DNA from: an uncultured Lachnospiraceae bacterium
Lineage (GTDB): Bacteria > Bacillota > Clostridia > Lachnospirales > Lachnospiraceae
Direction of reading: 5' to 3'
DNA: 64,000 nucleotides
Assembly (NCBI GenBank): GCA_910587715.1
Contig: CAJUMV010000001.1
Coordinates: forward strand, 102,729-166,728
This document shows, piece after piece, positions 8,485 through 17,412 of this stretch. The translations under genes and the position numbers were made by a program. Position 1 is the first letter of the stretch, and each line of letters starts with the position of its first letter. The notes under the pieces are model-generated. The model ran no database searches, was not told where the DNA came from, and saw nothing but the letters and a program-made list of their open reading frames with translations.

Positions 8485-10437
8485 ATGTGTGGAATTGCGG
8501 GTTTTTGCAACTTTAGGGGAGACTGGCAGAAGAATATCGAGCGGATGTGCGATAAGATGAAGCATCGGGGACCGGATGCTTCGGGGGTGTGGGCTTCGGA
8601 GGACCACGGGGTAGTGCTGGGACACAGACGGCTTGCGATTGTGGATTTGTCGCCTGCGGGGGCGCAGCCCATGGTGTCCCGTGACGGCAGGTATGTGATT
8701 GCCTATAACGGGGAGATTTACAATCATACCTCCATTCGGAAAAAGCTGCTGGCGGAGAAACGGCTGCCTGCGTTCCGGGGGAGCTCCGACACAGAAACGC
8801 TTCTGGAAGCGATTGCCGCGTATGGCCTGAAAGATGCACTGAAAATGGCGAAAGGAATGTTTGTGATTGCGTTGTTTGATAGACAAGAACATGCGTTATT
8901 TCTTGCGCGGGACAGAGTCGGAGAAAAACCGTTATATTATGGAATATTAAAAGATGATATAAATAACGAGGGGAATGATGGGGGCTTTGTCTTTGCTTCC
9001 GAGCTTGGTTCGATTGCGTCGATGGATGGATTTACCAATTCGGTCAACGTAGATATTATAGGCGATTACATGCGTTATGGTTACATTTCGGCGCCATATA
9101 CCATATATCGCGGGATTTGGAAGCTGGAACCGGGAAAAATATTAAAGGTTAAAGCACCATTTGACAAACCGGAGCTTGAGAGCTATTGGTCGATGATGGA
9201 AACAGCTGTTATAGGACAAAAAAACCGCTTCCGGGGAAGTGAATCGGAAGCCGCTGAAGAGCTGGAGCGTCTTTTGCGGGAAGCCATCGCCGGACAGATG
9301 GTGGCGGACGTGCCCGTAGGCGCTTTTTTGTCCGCGGGGATTGACAGCAGTACGGTGGTGTCACTGATGCAGGAGCAGAGCGCGCAGAAGGTCAGAACGT
9401 TTACCGTGGGCATGTGGGAAGAACAGTATAACGAAGCGCCGACCGCGAAGGAGATTGCCGCGTATCTGGGAACGGAGCATACGGAGGTCTATATCACGGA
9501 AGAGGATGCGAAGAGCGTGATTCCAAAGCTGGCGGGGATGTTCGGGGAGCCGTTTGCGGATTCTTCCCAGATTCCGACTTATCTGGTGAGCCGGATGACG
9601 AGAGAGCATGTGACGGTATCTTTGAGCGGGGACGGCGGGGACGAGCTTTTCTGCGGATATAACACCTATTATTCTATCGAGCGCATCTGGAATAAGGTGA
9701 GGAAAATACCGGGTGTCCTGCGTCGTCCGGCAAGCGCTGTGCTGGGGCTTGCCGCATCCGGAAATGCTGCGCTGGCTACCCGGGCAAGGCTTCTTGGGGC
9801 GAAGAGCATAGAAGATATGTATCTGCGCTCGGAAATCGGGGAAGGGCTGGGATTGGTGAAACGCGGAAGGGCAGGCGGCGCTTCGGACTTCGGTGTCTGG
9901 GATGAGATACAGCCCCACAGGGCAGGTCAGACATGGATGAACACCTATCCAGCAGGGCTTCTGGAGGATGGGCAGCACAATCTGATGCTGATGGATTTAC
10001 TAATGTATCATCCCGACGATATTTTAAATAAGGTAGACAGGACTGCGATGGCGGTTTCCCTGGAGACGCGGGTGCCGATGTTAGATAAGGATGTGGTCGA
10101 ATTTGCATGGACGCTGCCACTGTCTTACCGGCAGGGCGGCGGGGTCAGCAAGAAGATTCTGCGGGATATTCTTTATCGTTATGTGCCCCGTGAACTGATG
10201 GAGCGTCCCAAAAAGGGGTTCTCGATTCCGCTTCATCGCTGGTTGAAGGAGAAGGAGCTGCGGGAGTGGGCGGAGAGCCTGCTGGCGCCATCCCTTTTGG
10301 AAGCGCAGGGATTGTTTGACGCGGCGGCTGTAAAGAAATTATGGGATGATTATATTATGAAAAGTGTCTGGAGACCGCAGATTTGGTACCTTCTGATGTT
10401 TCAGGAGTGGCAAAATGGAACAAAAATTAAATCTTGA
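8485..10437 (+). CDS. asnB: Asparagine synthase (glutamine-hydrolysing) family amidotransferase, paralog 2
   Basis: MCGIAGF provides the N-terminal Cys and FLSAGIDSS the PP-loop, in a 650-aa ORF. Confidence 0.85.
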   Translation: MCGIAGFCNFRGDWQKNIERMCDKMKHRGPDASGVWASEDHGVVLGHRRLAIVDLSPAGAQPMVSRDGRYVIAYNGEIYNHTSIRKKLLAEKRLPAFRGSSDTETLLEAIAAYGLKDALKMAKGMFVIALFDRQEHALFLARDRVGEKPLYYGILKDDINNEGNDGGFVFASELGSIASMDGFTNSVNVDIIGDYMRYGYISAPYTIYRGIWKLEPGKILKVKAPFDKPELESYWSMMETAVIGQKNRFRGSESEAAEELERLLREAIAGQMVADVPVGAFLSAGIDSSTVVSLMQEQSAQKVRTFTVGMWEEQYNEAPTAKEIAAYLGTEHTEVYITEEDAKSVIPKLAGMFGEPFADSSQIPTYLVSRMTREHVTVSLSGDGGDELFCGYNTYYSIERIWNKVRKIPGVLRRPASAVLGLAASGNAALATRARLLGAKSIEDMYLRSEIGEGLGLVKRGRAGGASDFGVWDEIQPHRAGQTWMNTYPAGLLEDGQHNLMLMDLLMYHPDDILNKVDRTAMAVSLETRVPMLDKDVVEFAWTLPLSYRQGGGVSKKILRDILYRYVPRELMERPKKGFSIPLHRWLKEKELREWAESLLAPSLLEAQGLFDAAAVKKLWDDYIMKSVWRPQIWYLLMFQEWQNGTKIKS

Positions 10438-10660
10438 TTTATTTTAATACCTGTTCTAAAGTTGCAGAAACGGTCGTTATGAGTGAACAGAAGCTTTTTG
10501 AGAAAAGATTTCATAACAGGTGATAAGCGTTATTTATTGCAGATAATGACGAGAAAACAAAGACGAAATAAAGGATAACGAGCGACATTTAACATGGGCG
10601 CGGGAGAATTTGGAAGCGGAGAGACAAGAGGCGGAAGAAGGAAAGGCAGGACAAACAGCC

Positions 10661-11740
10661 ATGGAAATTTTAAAGCAATATCGACCACCCAAATTGCATG
10701 AGGACAAACAGACGGAGTTGATTTCCGTGATTGTTGCCGCCTATAATATAGAGGATTATATTGAGAGAGGCATCCGCTCCATTTGTGAACAGACTTACCG
10801 CAATCTGGAAATTATCGCAGTGGATGACGGCTCGGTGGATGCCACCGGGCGGATTCTGGATGAGCTTGCCGAAAGTGACGAGCGCATACGGGTTATCCAT
10901 GAGGAGAACGGCGGTCTTGCCCATGCGAGGAATACGGGGATTGGGATGGCACGGGGAAACTATATCGGCTTTGTGGACGGGGACGACTGGATTGACTCCG
11001 ATATGTATGAGAAGCTGTTTTCCGCTTTGCAGGATAAACGAGCGGATTTGGCGGTATGCCGTTACCGACAGATTTCCCGCACGCGCACGCTGGATGGCTC
11101 GGTGGACAGGGCAGTTCTCTTTGAAGGGCAGGAAGCGCTTCAGGTTTATGTGGAGGAGCGGGAGGAATTTTCGATTCAGAATGCGGCGTGGAACAAGCTC
11201 TACCGAAGGGAACTGCTTATCGGAAACATGTTCCCTGAGGGACGCTGGTACGAAGATATTGTGTTCGCGACAGAAGCGCTGGCGCGGGCGGGACGTTGCA
11301 TTTACCTTGACATTGCCATGTATAACTATATAATAGACAGAGAGGACAGCATTATGAACTGCCGGATTAATTCCCGTACTTTTACGGACCAGATTCCGGC
11401 ATACTATGAAAAGACGGAGCTGTTACAGACTCTCGGCAGAGAGGATCTTGCGCTGACGCACGACTATTTCTTTTATAAAAGGCTGCTGTTATTTTATTGG
11501 GAGCTTTCCAAGGTGGAGGACGGAGAGACTTACATGCTGAGACTGCAGGAGATTCTTTTGAAGGACAGAAAGCGTGCGGAGGAGGCGTTCCTATCACCTA
11601 TAGCGGATGCGAGGGACCGTAAGAAGCTGAAGCTCTTTTATCGTTCGCCCCATGCCTACTGTAAAAAGCTGCGGTGGGATGAGCAGGTGGTGATTCCCTG
11701 TAAGGTGAAGGTGAAGCGGATTCTTGGTATGAATAAATAA
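10661..11740 (+). CDS. Glycosyltransferase family 2
   Basis: ISVIVAAYNIEDYIERGIRSICEQTYRNLEIIAVDDGSVDAT and FVDGDD are GT2 motifs. I prefer the ATG at 10661. The track ORF starts at TTG 10610. Confidence 0.8.
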   Translation: MEILKQYRPPKLHEDKQTELISVIVAAYNIEDYIERGIRSICEQTYRNLEIIAVDDGSVDATGRILDELAESDERIRVIHEENGGLAHARNTGIGMARGNYIGFVDGDDWIDSDMYEKLFSALQDKRADLAVCRYRQISRTRTLDGSVDRAVLFEGQEALQVYVEEREEFSIQNAAWNKLYRRELLIGNMFPEGRWYEDIVFATEALARAGRCIYLDIAMYNYIIDREDSIMNCRINSRTFTDQIPAYYEKTELLQTLGREDLALTHDYFFYKRLLLFYWELSKVEDGETYMLRLQEILLKDRKRAEEAFLSPIADARDRKKLKLFYRSPHAYCKKLRWDEQVVIPCKVKVKRILGMNK

Positions 11741-11754
11741 CGTGCGTTCTTAAA

Positions 11755-12819
11755 ATGGATGAAAAGATGGTAATCATACAACTTGCGGGCGGCTTGGGCA
11801 ACCAGATGTTCCAGTACGCCCTTTATTTGCAACTGAAAGCTCTCGGCAGAGAGGTCAAGATTGATGATGTGTCGGGATTCGCGCAGGACCCGCAGCGAAT
11901 GCCTGCCCTTTCGCCCTTTGGAATCACTTATGAGCGACCGACGAAGGAGGAACTGATTCAGATGCTCGACTCCTCCATGCTGCCGTGGAGCCGGGTGCGG
12001 CGGAAACTTTTCGGCAGGCACAAAAAGTCTTATTTTGAAGAAGGTAAGCTTTTTATTCCGGAAGTACTGACGTGGGACGACATTTATCTGGAGGGCTACT
12101 GGCAGACGGAGAAGTATTTTCAGGCTGTGGAGAAGCAGGTGCGGGAAGCCTACGATACGGATAAGCTGGTTGCGTATCTGGAACAGGCGGGGTGCCTGCG
12201 CGGCGGGAGTGACAATACAAGGCAGGCGGAAAGAGGAAAAAGCGGACGTGACGGCGACGCTCGGGGAAAAGAAACGGCGGAGCAGTATATGCGAGAAATG
12301 GATAACGGGTGTTCTGTAAGTGTCCATGTCCGCAGGGGAGATTATCTCACCCCCGAAAACCAAAAGCTGTACGGCGGTATCTGTACGGATGCCTATTATA
12401 TAGAAGGAATGCGTCAGATGCGGGAACGATTTCCGGGATGCCGGTTTTTCCTTTTTACCAATGACAGGGAGTGGGCAAGGCGGCAGTCTGGGCAGAATGC
12501 AGATGGAAAGCGGCAGACGGCGAAAGAGCGGGGCAGAGGTGAGGAACGCTCAGACTGTGCGGAGAATGCGTTTGCCGGGGCGGATATTACCTGGGTTGAT
12601 TTGTCAGGGGCTGCGGATAACGATTATATGGAGTTTATTCTGATGAGCCGCTGTAAACATCATATTCTCGCCAACAGCAGCTTTAGCTGGTGGGCATCCT
12701 ATTTGAATAAAAATCCGGAAAAGACGGTCCTCGCGCCGCAGCGCTGGCTGAACGGGGTGGATAACCGCGACTTTTACCGGGCGGATATGCATAAGGTTAC
12801 GCTTCCGCAGGAACCATGA
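11755..12819 (+). CDS. GT11 alpha-1,2-fucosyltransferase-like glycosyltransferase carrying two charged insertions
   Basis: GGLGNQMFQYA, HVRRGDY and ANSSFSWWASYL are GT11 motifs. Extra Arg/Gly/Glu-rich segments lie at about 12187-12285 and 12475-12589 relative to the paralog at 26339. Confidence 0.75.
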   Translation: MDEKMVIIQLAGGLGNQMFQYALYLQLKALGREVKIDDVSGFAQDPQRMPALSPFGITYERPTKEELIQMLDSSMLPWSRVRRKLFGRHKKSYFEEGKLFIPEVLTWDDIYLEGYWQTEKYFQAVEKQVREAYDTDKLVAYLEQAGCLRGGSDNTRQAERGKSGRDGDARGKETAEQYMREMDNGCSVSVHVRRGDYLTPENQKLYGGICTDAYYIEGMRQMRERFPGCRFFLFTNDREWARRQSGQNADGKRQTAKERGRGEERSDCAENAFAGADITWVDLSGAADNDYMEFILMSRCKHHILANSSFSWWASYLNKNPEKTVLAPQRWLNGVDNRDFYRADMHKVTLPQEP

Positions 12820-12883
12820 GTGCTGCAATGTGGCTGTGGCTTTGGCGTAATCCGTCACAGCATTTGAGAGGAACATATATAAT

Positions 12884-14668
12884 ATGAAGAAACAGAAACA
12901 GGCACAGGTGGGTCTGCTGCAAAAAATCGCATACCTTTTTGACCGAAAACAGCGCTGGCAGCTTGGCGGTCTCGCCATCCTTATTTTGATTGGCGGTATT
13001 TTGGAGACGCTGGGCGTTTCTATGATGCTCCCTGTGGCGGAGGCGGTCATGTCGCCGGATAAAGTGATGGAGAACGAGCTGGTGGGAAAGGTCGCGGCGT
13101 TTCTGGGAATCACTTCTTCGAGAAGCCTGATTGTTTGGATGCTGGGCGCGCTGATTGCCATTTTTATTTTTAAAAATGCGTATCTTCTGCTTCTGACTTT
13201 TGTGCAGAATACGTTTGTGACGAGAAACAGGAACCGGATGATAAGTCGTGTGATGCGGGAGTTTTTAAACCGTCCCTATGAGGACTATCTGGGAGCGGAC
13301 ATTCCCACGGTGTTCCGGCTGACGGACAGTGATATTCCCAATGCGTTCCAGCTGGTGCTTGTATTAATCCAGATGACGACGGAGATAGTGGTTGCGGTGT
13401 CAATCTGTATCGTACTGATGTGGATGAGTCCGCTGATTTCTATCGGCTGCGGCGTGCTGTTCCTTGGCATGACGCTGATGATCACGAAGGTGTTAAAGCC
13501 CCGGCTGAATGCCATTGGGCGTAAAAATCAGGCGATCCAATCACGGATTGCCAAGTGGAGAATCCAGTCTATCTATGGTTTAAAGGATGTGAAGGTGCTG
13601 CACAGGGAAGAATTTTTTGTGCGCAATTATTATGAGAGCGGCGCGGTCGGCGCCAATGTGGCGAGAAACTATGCGGTGATGAACAATACGCCAAGGCTTT
13701 TGATTGAGACAGTCTTTATCGCGGCAATGCTGTCCTTTATTCTTGTCTATCTGCTGGAGGACGGCGACATTACGGTACTGATGCCCCAGCTGATGGCTTT
13801 TGCGGCGGCGGCGATTCGTGTGATGCCGGCTACGAACCGTATCAATACGTATCTGTCGGAAATTGCTTACGCGCAGCCCTGCCTGGATTATTTGTACGAG
13901 AACCTGACTGAGAATATGAAGCAGGACGTGAACGGCAGCGTGACAGGGCTTACGGGAGAGACGGAGGAAGAAAAGACAGCGCTTGCGTTAACCGATAAGA
14001 TTGTGCTGGACCACATCAGCTATACTTACCCGAACACGGACAAGCCAATCTTCACGGACGCCCACATGGAAGTCAGAAAGGGGCAGTCGGTGGGCATTAT
14101 GGGACCGTCGGGTGCAGGCAAATCGACCATTGTGGATATTCTGCTGGGGCTTTTGCATGTGCAGGCGGGGACGATTACCTGCGACGGCAGGGATATCTTT
14201 GAAAACTATCCTTCGTGGCTTTCCAAAATCGGGTATATTCCGCAGTCCATTTATCTGATTGACGAATCCATCCGGGACAACATCGCCTTTGGCATCGACG
14301 CGGACAAGATTGACGATAAGCGAATCTGGGAGGTGCTGGAGGAAGCGCAGCTTAAGAGCTTTGTGGAGGAGCTGCCGGACGGCTTGGAGACAACAATAGG
14401 TGACAGGGGTGTCAGAATTTCCGGCGGACAAAGGCAGCGGCTGGGAATCGCCAGAGCGCTTTACCATAATCCCGAGATTCTGGTCTTTGACGAGGCAACC
14501 TCCGCGCTGGACGGGGATACCGAGACGGCGGTGATGGAAGCCATTAACAGCTTCCACGGCAAAAAGACGATGGTGATTATCGCCCACCGTCTGAATACCA
14601 TTGCCAAATGTGATGTGATTTATAAGGTAGAAAATGAAAAGATTACGCAGACAAGTCTGGAGGGGTAA
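12884..14668 (+). CDS. ABC exporter half-transporter (fused TMD-NBD, MsbA/PglK-like), paralog 1
   Basis: Six N-terminal TM helices, Walker A GPSGAGKST, signature LSGGQRQR, Walker B LVFDEATSALD and H-loop IIAHRL. Confidence 0.85.
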   Translation: MKKQKQAQVGLLQKIAYLFDRKQRWQLGGLAILILIGGILETLGVSMMLPVAEAVMSPDKVMENELVGKVAAFLGITSSRSLIVWMLGALIAIFIFKNAYLLLLTFVQNTFVTRNRNRMISRVMREFLNRPYEDYLGADIPTVFRLTDSDIPNAFQLVLVLIQMTTEIVVAVSICIVLMWMSPLISIGCGVLFLGMTLMITKVLKPRLNAIGRKNQAIQSRIAKWRIQSIYGLKDVKVLHREEFFVRNYYESGAVGANVARNYAVMNNTPRLLIETVFIAAMLSFILVYLLEDGDITVLMPQLMAFAAAAIRVMPATNRINTYLSEIAYAQPCLDYLYENLTENMKQDVNGSVTGLTGETEEEKTALALTDKIVLDHISYTYPNTDKPIFTDAHMEVRKGQSVGIMGPSGAGKSTIVDILLGLLHVQAGTITCDGRDIFENYPSWLSKIGYIPQSIYLIDESIRDNIAFGIDADKIDDKRIWEVLEEAQLKSFVEELPDGLETTIGDRGVRISGGQRQRLGIARALYHNPEILVFDEATSALDGDTETAVMEAINSFHGKKTMVIIAHRLNTIAKCDVIYKVENEKITQTSLEG

Positions 14669-15694
14669 ATGTTAGGAATTGAGACACAGGAAGGCTTCGG
14701 GTTGGGGAATCAGCTTTTTTTCTATGTGACGGCAAGATGTATCGCGCAGGACAAAGGATATCAGTTCAGCGTGCTTGACCCGGAGCACTTTGCCAACAAT
14801 ATGCATAGCGACTGCGGACTCTATTTTATGGACTTGGACATGGGAGTCCCTTCGAAAAAGGAGGATTACCAAAAGACTTATCATGAGAAGGAAACGCGGC
14901 TTTTTGCGGGAAATTCCAAACATGATCTGACTCACGGCGTCTATGTGACGGATGCGGACAAGCAGCTTTTCGAAGTGGAGGACGGCACGCTTCTTTACGG
15001 CAATCTGCAGGCGGAGGCATATTTTATTTCTCATAAAGAAGAGATTAAAAAATGGCTGAAAGTGAAGCCGGAGTATGACTGTAAGGAGTACAGCCGGGAC
15101 AATCTCTGTATTCTGCATCTTCGCTGCAGCGACTATATGGGCTCACCGGAGCTTTATCTGCGCAAACGCTACTGGATACAGGGGATGCGGCAGATGCGGA
15201 AGCTCAATCTGGATATGCAGTTTATGATTATTACGAATGATGTGCGGGAGGCAAACAAGTTCCTGCCCGGCATTCCGGCTTACAATTTTGATTTGGCAAC
15301 GGATTATTCTATTTTAAAAAACGCACGTTATTTATTGCTCGCAAACTCGTCGTTTGCTTACTTTCCTGCCTTTACCAGCGATACGGTGAAGTACATTCTG
15401 GCGCCAAAGTACTGGGCGAGACATAATGTGTCTGACGGCTACTGGGCTTCGGAGCAGAACATTTACGAGGGCTGGCATTATATGGACCGGAAGGGGCGGG
15501 TGTTTACGGATAAAGAGTGCAGGGAAGAGCTGGCGGCATATAAAAAGCGCTCGAAGAAGTATGCGGAAGTAAATAAAAAGCCTGTGGGCGTAAGACTGCA
15601 GATGATGAAACTGCGCGCGTGGTATCTTTATAAGAAGGCGTATCTTGGAAAAATTGGCAGAGGTGTGATGCGGCGGGTGAAGAAACTGCTGTGA
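14669..15694 (+). CDS. GT11-like glycosyltransferase (divergent)
   Basis: GFGLGNQLFFYV, HLRCSDY and LLLANSSFAYFPAF parallel the GT11 motifs. The ATG directly abuts the upstream stop, with GGAGGGG upstream. Confidence 0.6.
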   Translation: MLGIETQEGFGLGNQLFFYVTARCIAQDKGYQFSVLDPEHFANNMHSDCGLYFMDLDMGVPSKKEDYQKTYHEKETRLFAGNSKHDLTHGVYVTDADKQLFEVEDGTLLYGNLQAEAYFISHKEEIKKWLKVKPEYDCKEYSRDNLCILHLRCSDYMGSPELYLRKRYWIQGMRQMRKLNLDMQFMIITNDVREANKFLPGIPAYNFDLATDYSILKNARYLLLANSSFAYFPAFTSDTVKYILAPKYWARHNVSDGYWASEQNIYEGWHYMDRKGRVFTDKECREELAAYKKRSKKYAEVNKKPVGVRLQMMKLRAWYLYKKAYLGKIGRGVMRRVKKLL

Positions 15695-15742
15695 ACCGAA
15701 CGGGAGCAGATAGGGAGTAATCAGAGAAAAAGGCGGATTTGC

Positions 15743-17308
15743 ATGAAGGTTTGGGAAAAAGTTGAAAATTTCTTGAGCGGCAGACGGGCAGTCATTTTGG
15801 CGGCAGGGCTTTTGCTTTTGTCGTTTGTTCCCCTGCTTTGGCTGGGAAAATATAATGTGATGTGCATCGACGACTACGATTACGGCAGGCGGGTGCATGA
15901 CGTCTTTCTGGAGACGGGCTCTTTCGCGGCTTCCGTGCAGGAGGCGTGGCGGCAGAACATGGATTTTTATCAGGACTGGCAGGGAACTTATATATCCTGC
16001 TTCCTGATGGGCATGTGTCCTATGAATTTTAACTATCATATCGCGTGGGTGGTTCCGATTCTGACGATTGGCATGTTTGCCACCTCTTCCTTTGTGCTGG
16101 GACGGCATATTCTGGTTCGGTGGCTCGGCTGTGAAAAGGAGGGTGCATCCCTCTGTATGCTGCTCTTGCTGTTCGTGTTTTATCAGGTGATGGAAGCGCC
16201 TTTCGAGGGAATTTACTGGTATAACGGCTCTACCCACTATGTGCTGATGCAGTCCATATGGTTTTTTCTGCTGACGCTTATTTCGGGGAGTCTTTGGGCG
16301 GAGAAAAAAGCGCGGGCGTGTGTGTGCTGTGCGGCGGCAGCAGTCCTTTCTGTGATTGTGGGCGGTGGCAATCTGGTGACTGGTCTGCAGGCGGAGGTGC
16401 TGATGGTGTTTCTCGTCTGTTATGCTTTTTTTCAGAAAAAGGATAGAATAGCATATGTTATTGTTCCGCTTGTGACAGGAAGCGCCGGATTTCTGGTAAA
16501 TGTTCTTGCACCGGGCAACGGCAAACGGGGAAGCATCGATATGGATGAGGGATATTCCGCTGTGAAGGCGATCGCCTTGTCCTTTTACAATACGGCAGTG
16601 TTTGCAATCCGCTGGACGCCGGTATTTGTGGTGCTCTTGTGGCTTTTGCTTCTGCCAATTTTGTGGAAACGGATGAAAACATCCGGAAAAGACTTTTCCC
16701 ATCCTGTCCTCGTGACGGCGGGGGCGTACTGTGTGATTTCGGCTATGTTTACGCCGACTCTTTATGCGGTAGGTATGACGGGGCTTTCCCGGGTGGATAA
16801 TATCATTCAGATGACTTATTATCTGGCAGTGTTATTGGTCACGGCTTACTGGCTGGGATATTTTTCCCACAGGACAGAGCGGGTCGGCGCTGTGGCTGGA
16901 AGCAAGGCGGCGCAGGGCGGCGATTTCGGAAATGGCGCGGCTGCGGCGTTTGGCGTGTTTCTGGAAAGGGCGGGCGGTCGGATGACGGCGGTCTGTCTGA
17001 TTCTGCTTCTGGCAGTCTGGGTGCTTACGGCGGATAAGAACACTTACACGAGCATTTCTGCCCTGCGTTCCGTGGCAAAAGGGGAAGCGCAGACTTTTTA
17101 TCAGGAATCGATGGCGCGCTACGCGCTTTATACGGACGATAGCGTTGCAGAGGTGGAAGTGGCGCCCTACAGCGCAAGACCGGCGCTCTTTGATTTTACG
17201 GACTTGAGCGAGGATGAGGGCAACTGGATGAATCTGGCGGTTGCACGGTACTATCATAAAGACAATGTAAGAAACGCGAAAAGTACTTCTAAAGACGCCC
17301 TGCCATAG
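15743..17308 (+). CDS. Polytopic membrane protein, GT-C/GtrC-like (putative extracytoplasmic glycosyltransferase)
   Basis: 521 aa with about 12 TM helices. The first-loop acidic motif CIDDYDYG is similar to the D/E-x-D loop-1 motif of GT-C enzymes, and the C-terminal domain is soluble. Confidence 0.4.
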   Translation: MKVWEKVENFLSGRRAVILAAGLLLLSFVPLLWLGKYNVMCIDDYDYGRRVHDVFLETGSFAASVQEAWRQNMDFYQDWQGTYISCFLMGMCPMNFNYHIAWVVPILTIGMFATSSFVLGRHILVRWLGCEKEGASLCMLLLLFVFYQVMEAPFEGIYWYNGSTHYVLMQSIWFFLLTLISGSLWAEKKARACVCCAAAAVLSVIVGGGNLVTGLQAEVLMVFLVCYAFFQKKDRIAYVIVPLVTGSAGFLVNVLAPGNGKRGSIDMDEGYSAVKAIALSFYNTAVFAIRWTPVFVVLLWLLLLPILWKRMKTSGKDFSHPVLVTAGAYCVISAMFTPTLYAVGMTGLSRVDNIIQMTYYLAVLLVTAYWLGYFSHRTERVGAVAGSKAAQGGDFGNGAAAAFGVFLERAGGRMTAVCLILLLAVWVLTADKNTYTSISALRSVAKGEAQTFYQESMARYALYTDDSVAEVEVAPYSARPALFDFTDLSEDEGNWMNLAVARYYHKDNVRNAKSTSKDALP

Positions 17309-17349
17309 GACAGAGGCACAAAGTCAGCAAAGCTGACTTGGAAGTACTA
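17281..17349 (+). repeat. Intercistronic structured repeat, copy A
   Basis: Outer stem AGTACTTC (17282-17289) pairs with GAAGTACT (17341-17348). The inner hairpin is GCC-CTG[CCATAGGA]CAG-a-GGC (17297-17317), with a second hairpin GTCAGC-aaa-GCTGAC. The element overlaps the last codons and the TAG stop of the upstream ORF. Confidence 0.6.
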
Positions 17350-17360
17350 TGTTTCGCGTG

Positions 17361-17389
17361 AGAGAATGCCCAAAGAACAGGCATTCTCT
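17361..17389 (+). other. 10-bp stem hairpin without U-tract
   Basis: AGAGAATGCC (17361-17370) pairs with GGCATTCTCT (17380-17389) around a 9-nt loop. GAGTTGG follows, so it is not a canonical intrinsic terminator. Confidence 0.4.
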
Positions 17390-17412
17390 GAGTTGGTTGA
17401 GAGGAAAATGCG

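Noticed and set aside
10449-10521. The 7-bp inverted repeat ACCTGTT/AACAGGT flanking ~60 nt of AT-rich intergenic DNA. I considered it as an invertible promoter (inverton).
   Set aside because: The repeat is too short to be significant. No convincing promoter lies between the arms, and no site-specific recombinase is encoded in the window.
10761-11333. Same-strand out-of-frame ORFs such as 10761-11333 (190 aa), 25178-25702 (174 aa), 44852-45238 and 53297-53539 (an upstream extension).
   Set aside because: They overlap well-supported genes in another frame, or are N-terminal extensions lacking an RBS. Their compositions are Arg/Gly/Trp-rich and unlike real proteins.
15332-16702. Long antisense ORFs in the track. 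Examples are 15332-16702 (456 aa), 52435-53541 (368 aa), 21101-21949, 18951-19751, 51286-52038, 32795-33529, 11656-12363 and 33677-34504.
   Set aside because: Each lies fully opposite a + strand gene with clear family motifs. Their translations are Arg/His/Pro/Leu-rich low-complexity strings with no recognisable motifs and no RBS. They are typical shadow ORFs in GC3-biased coding DNA.
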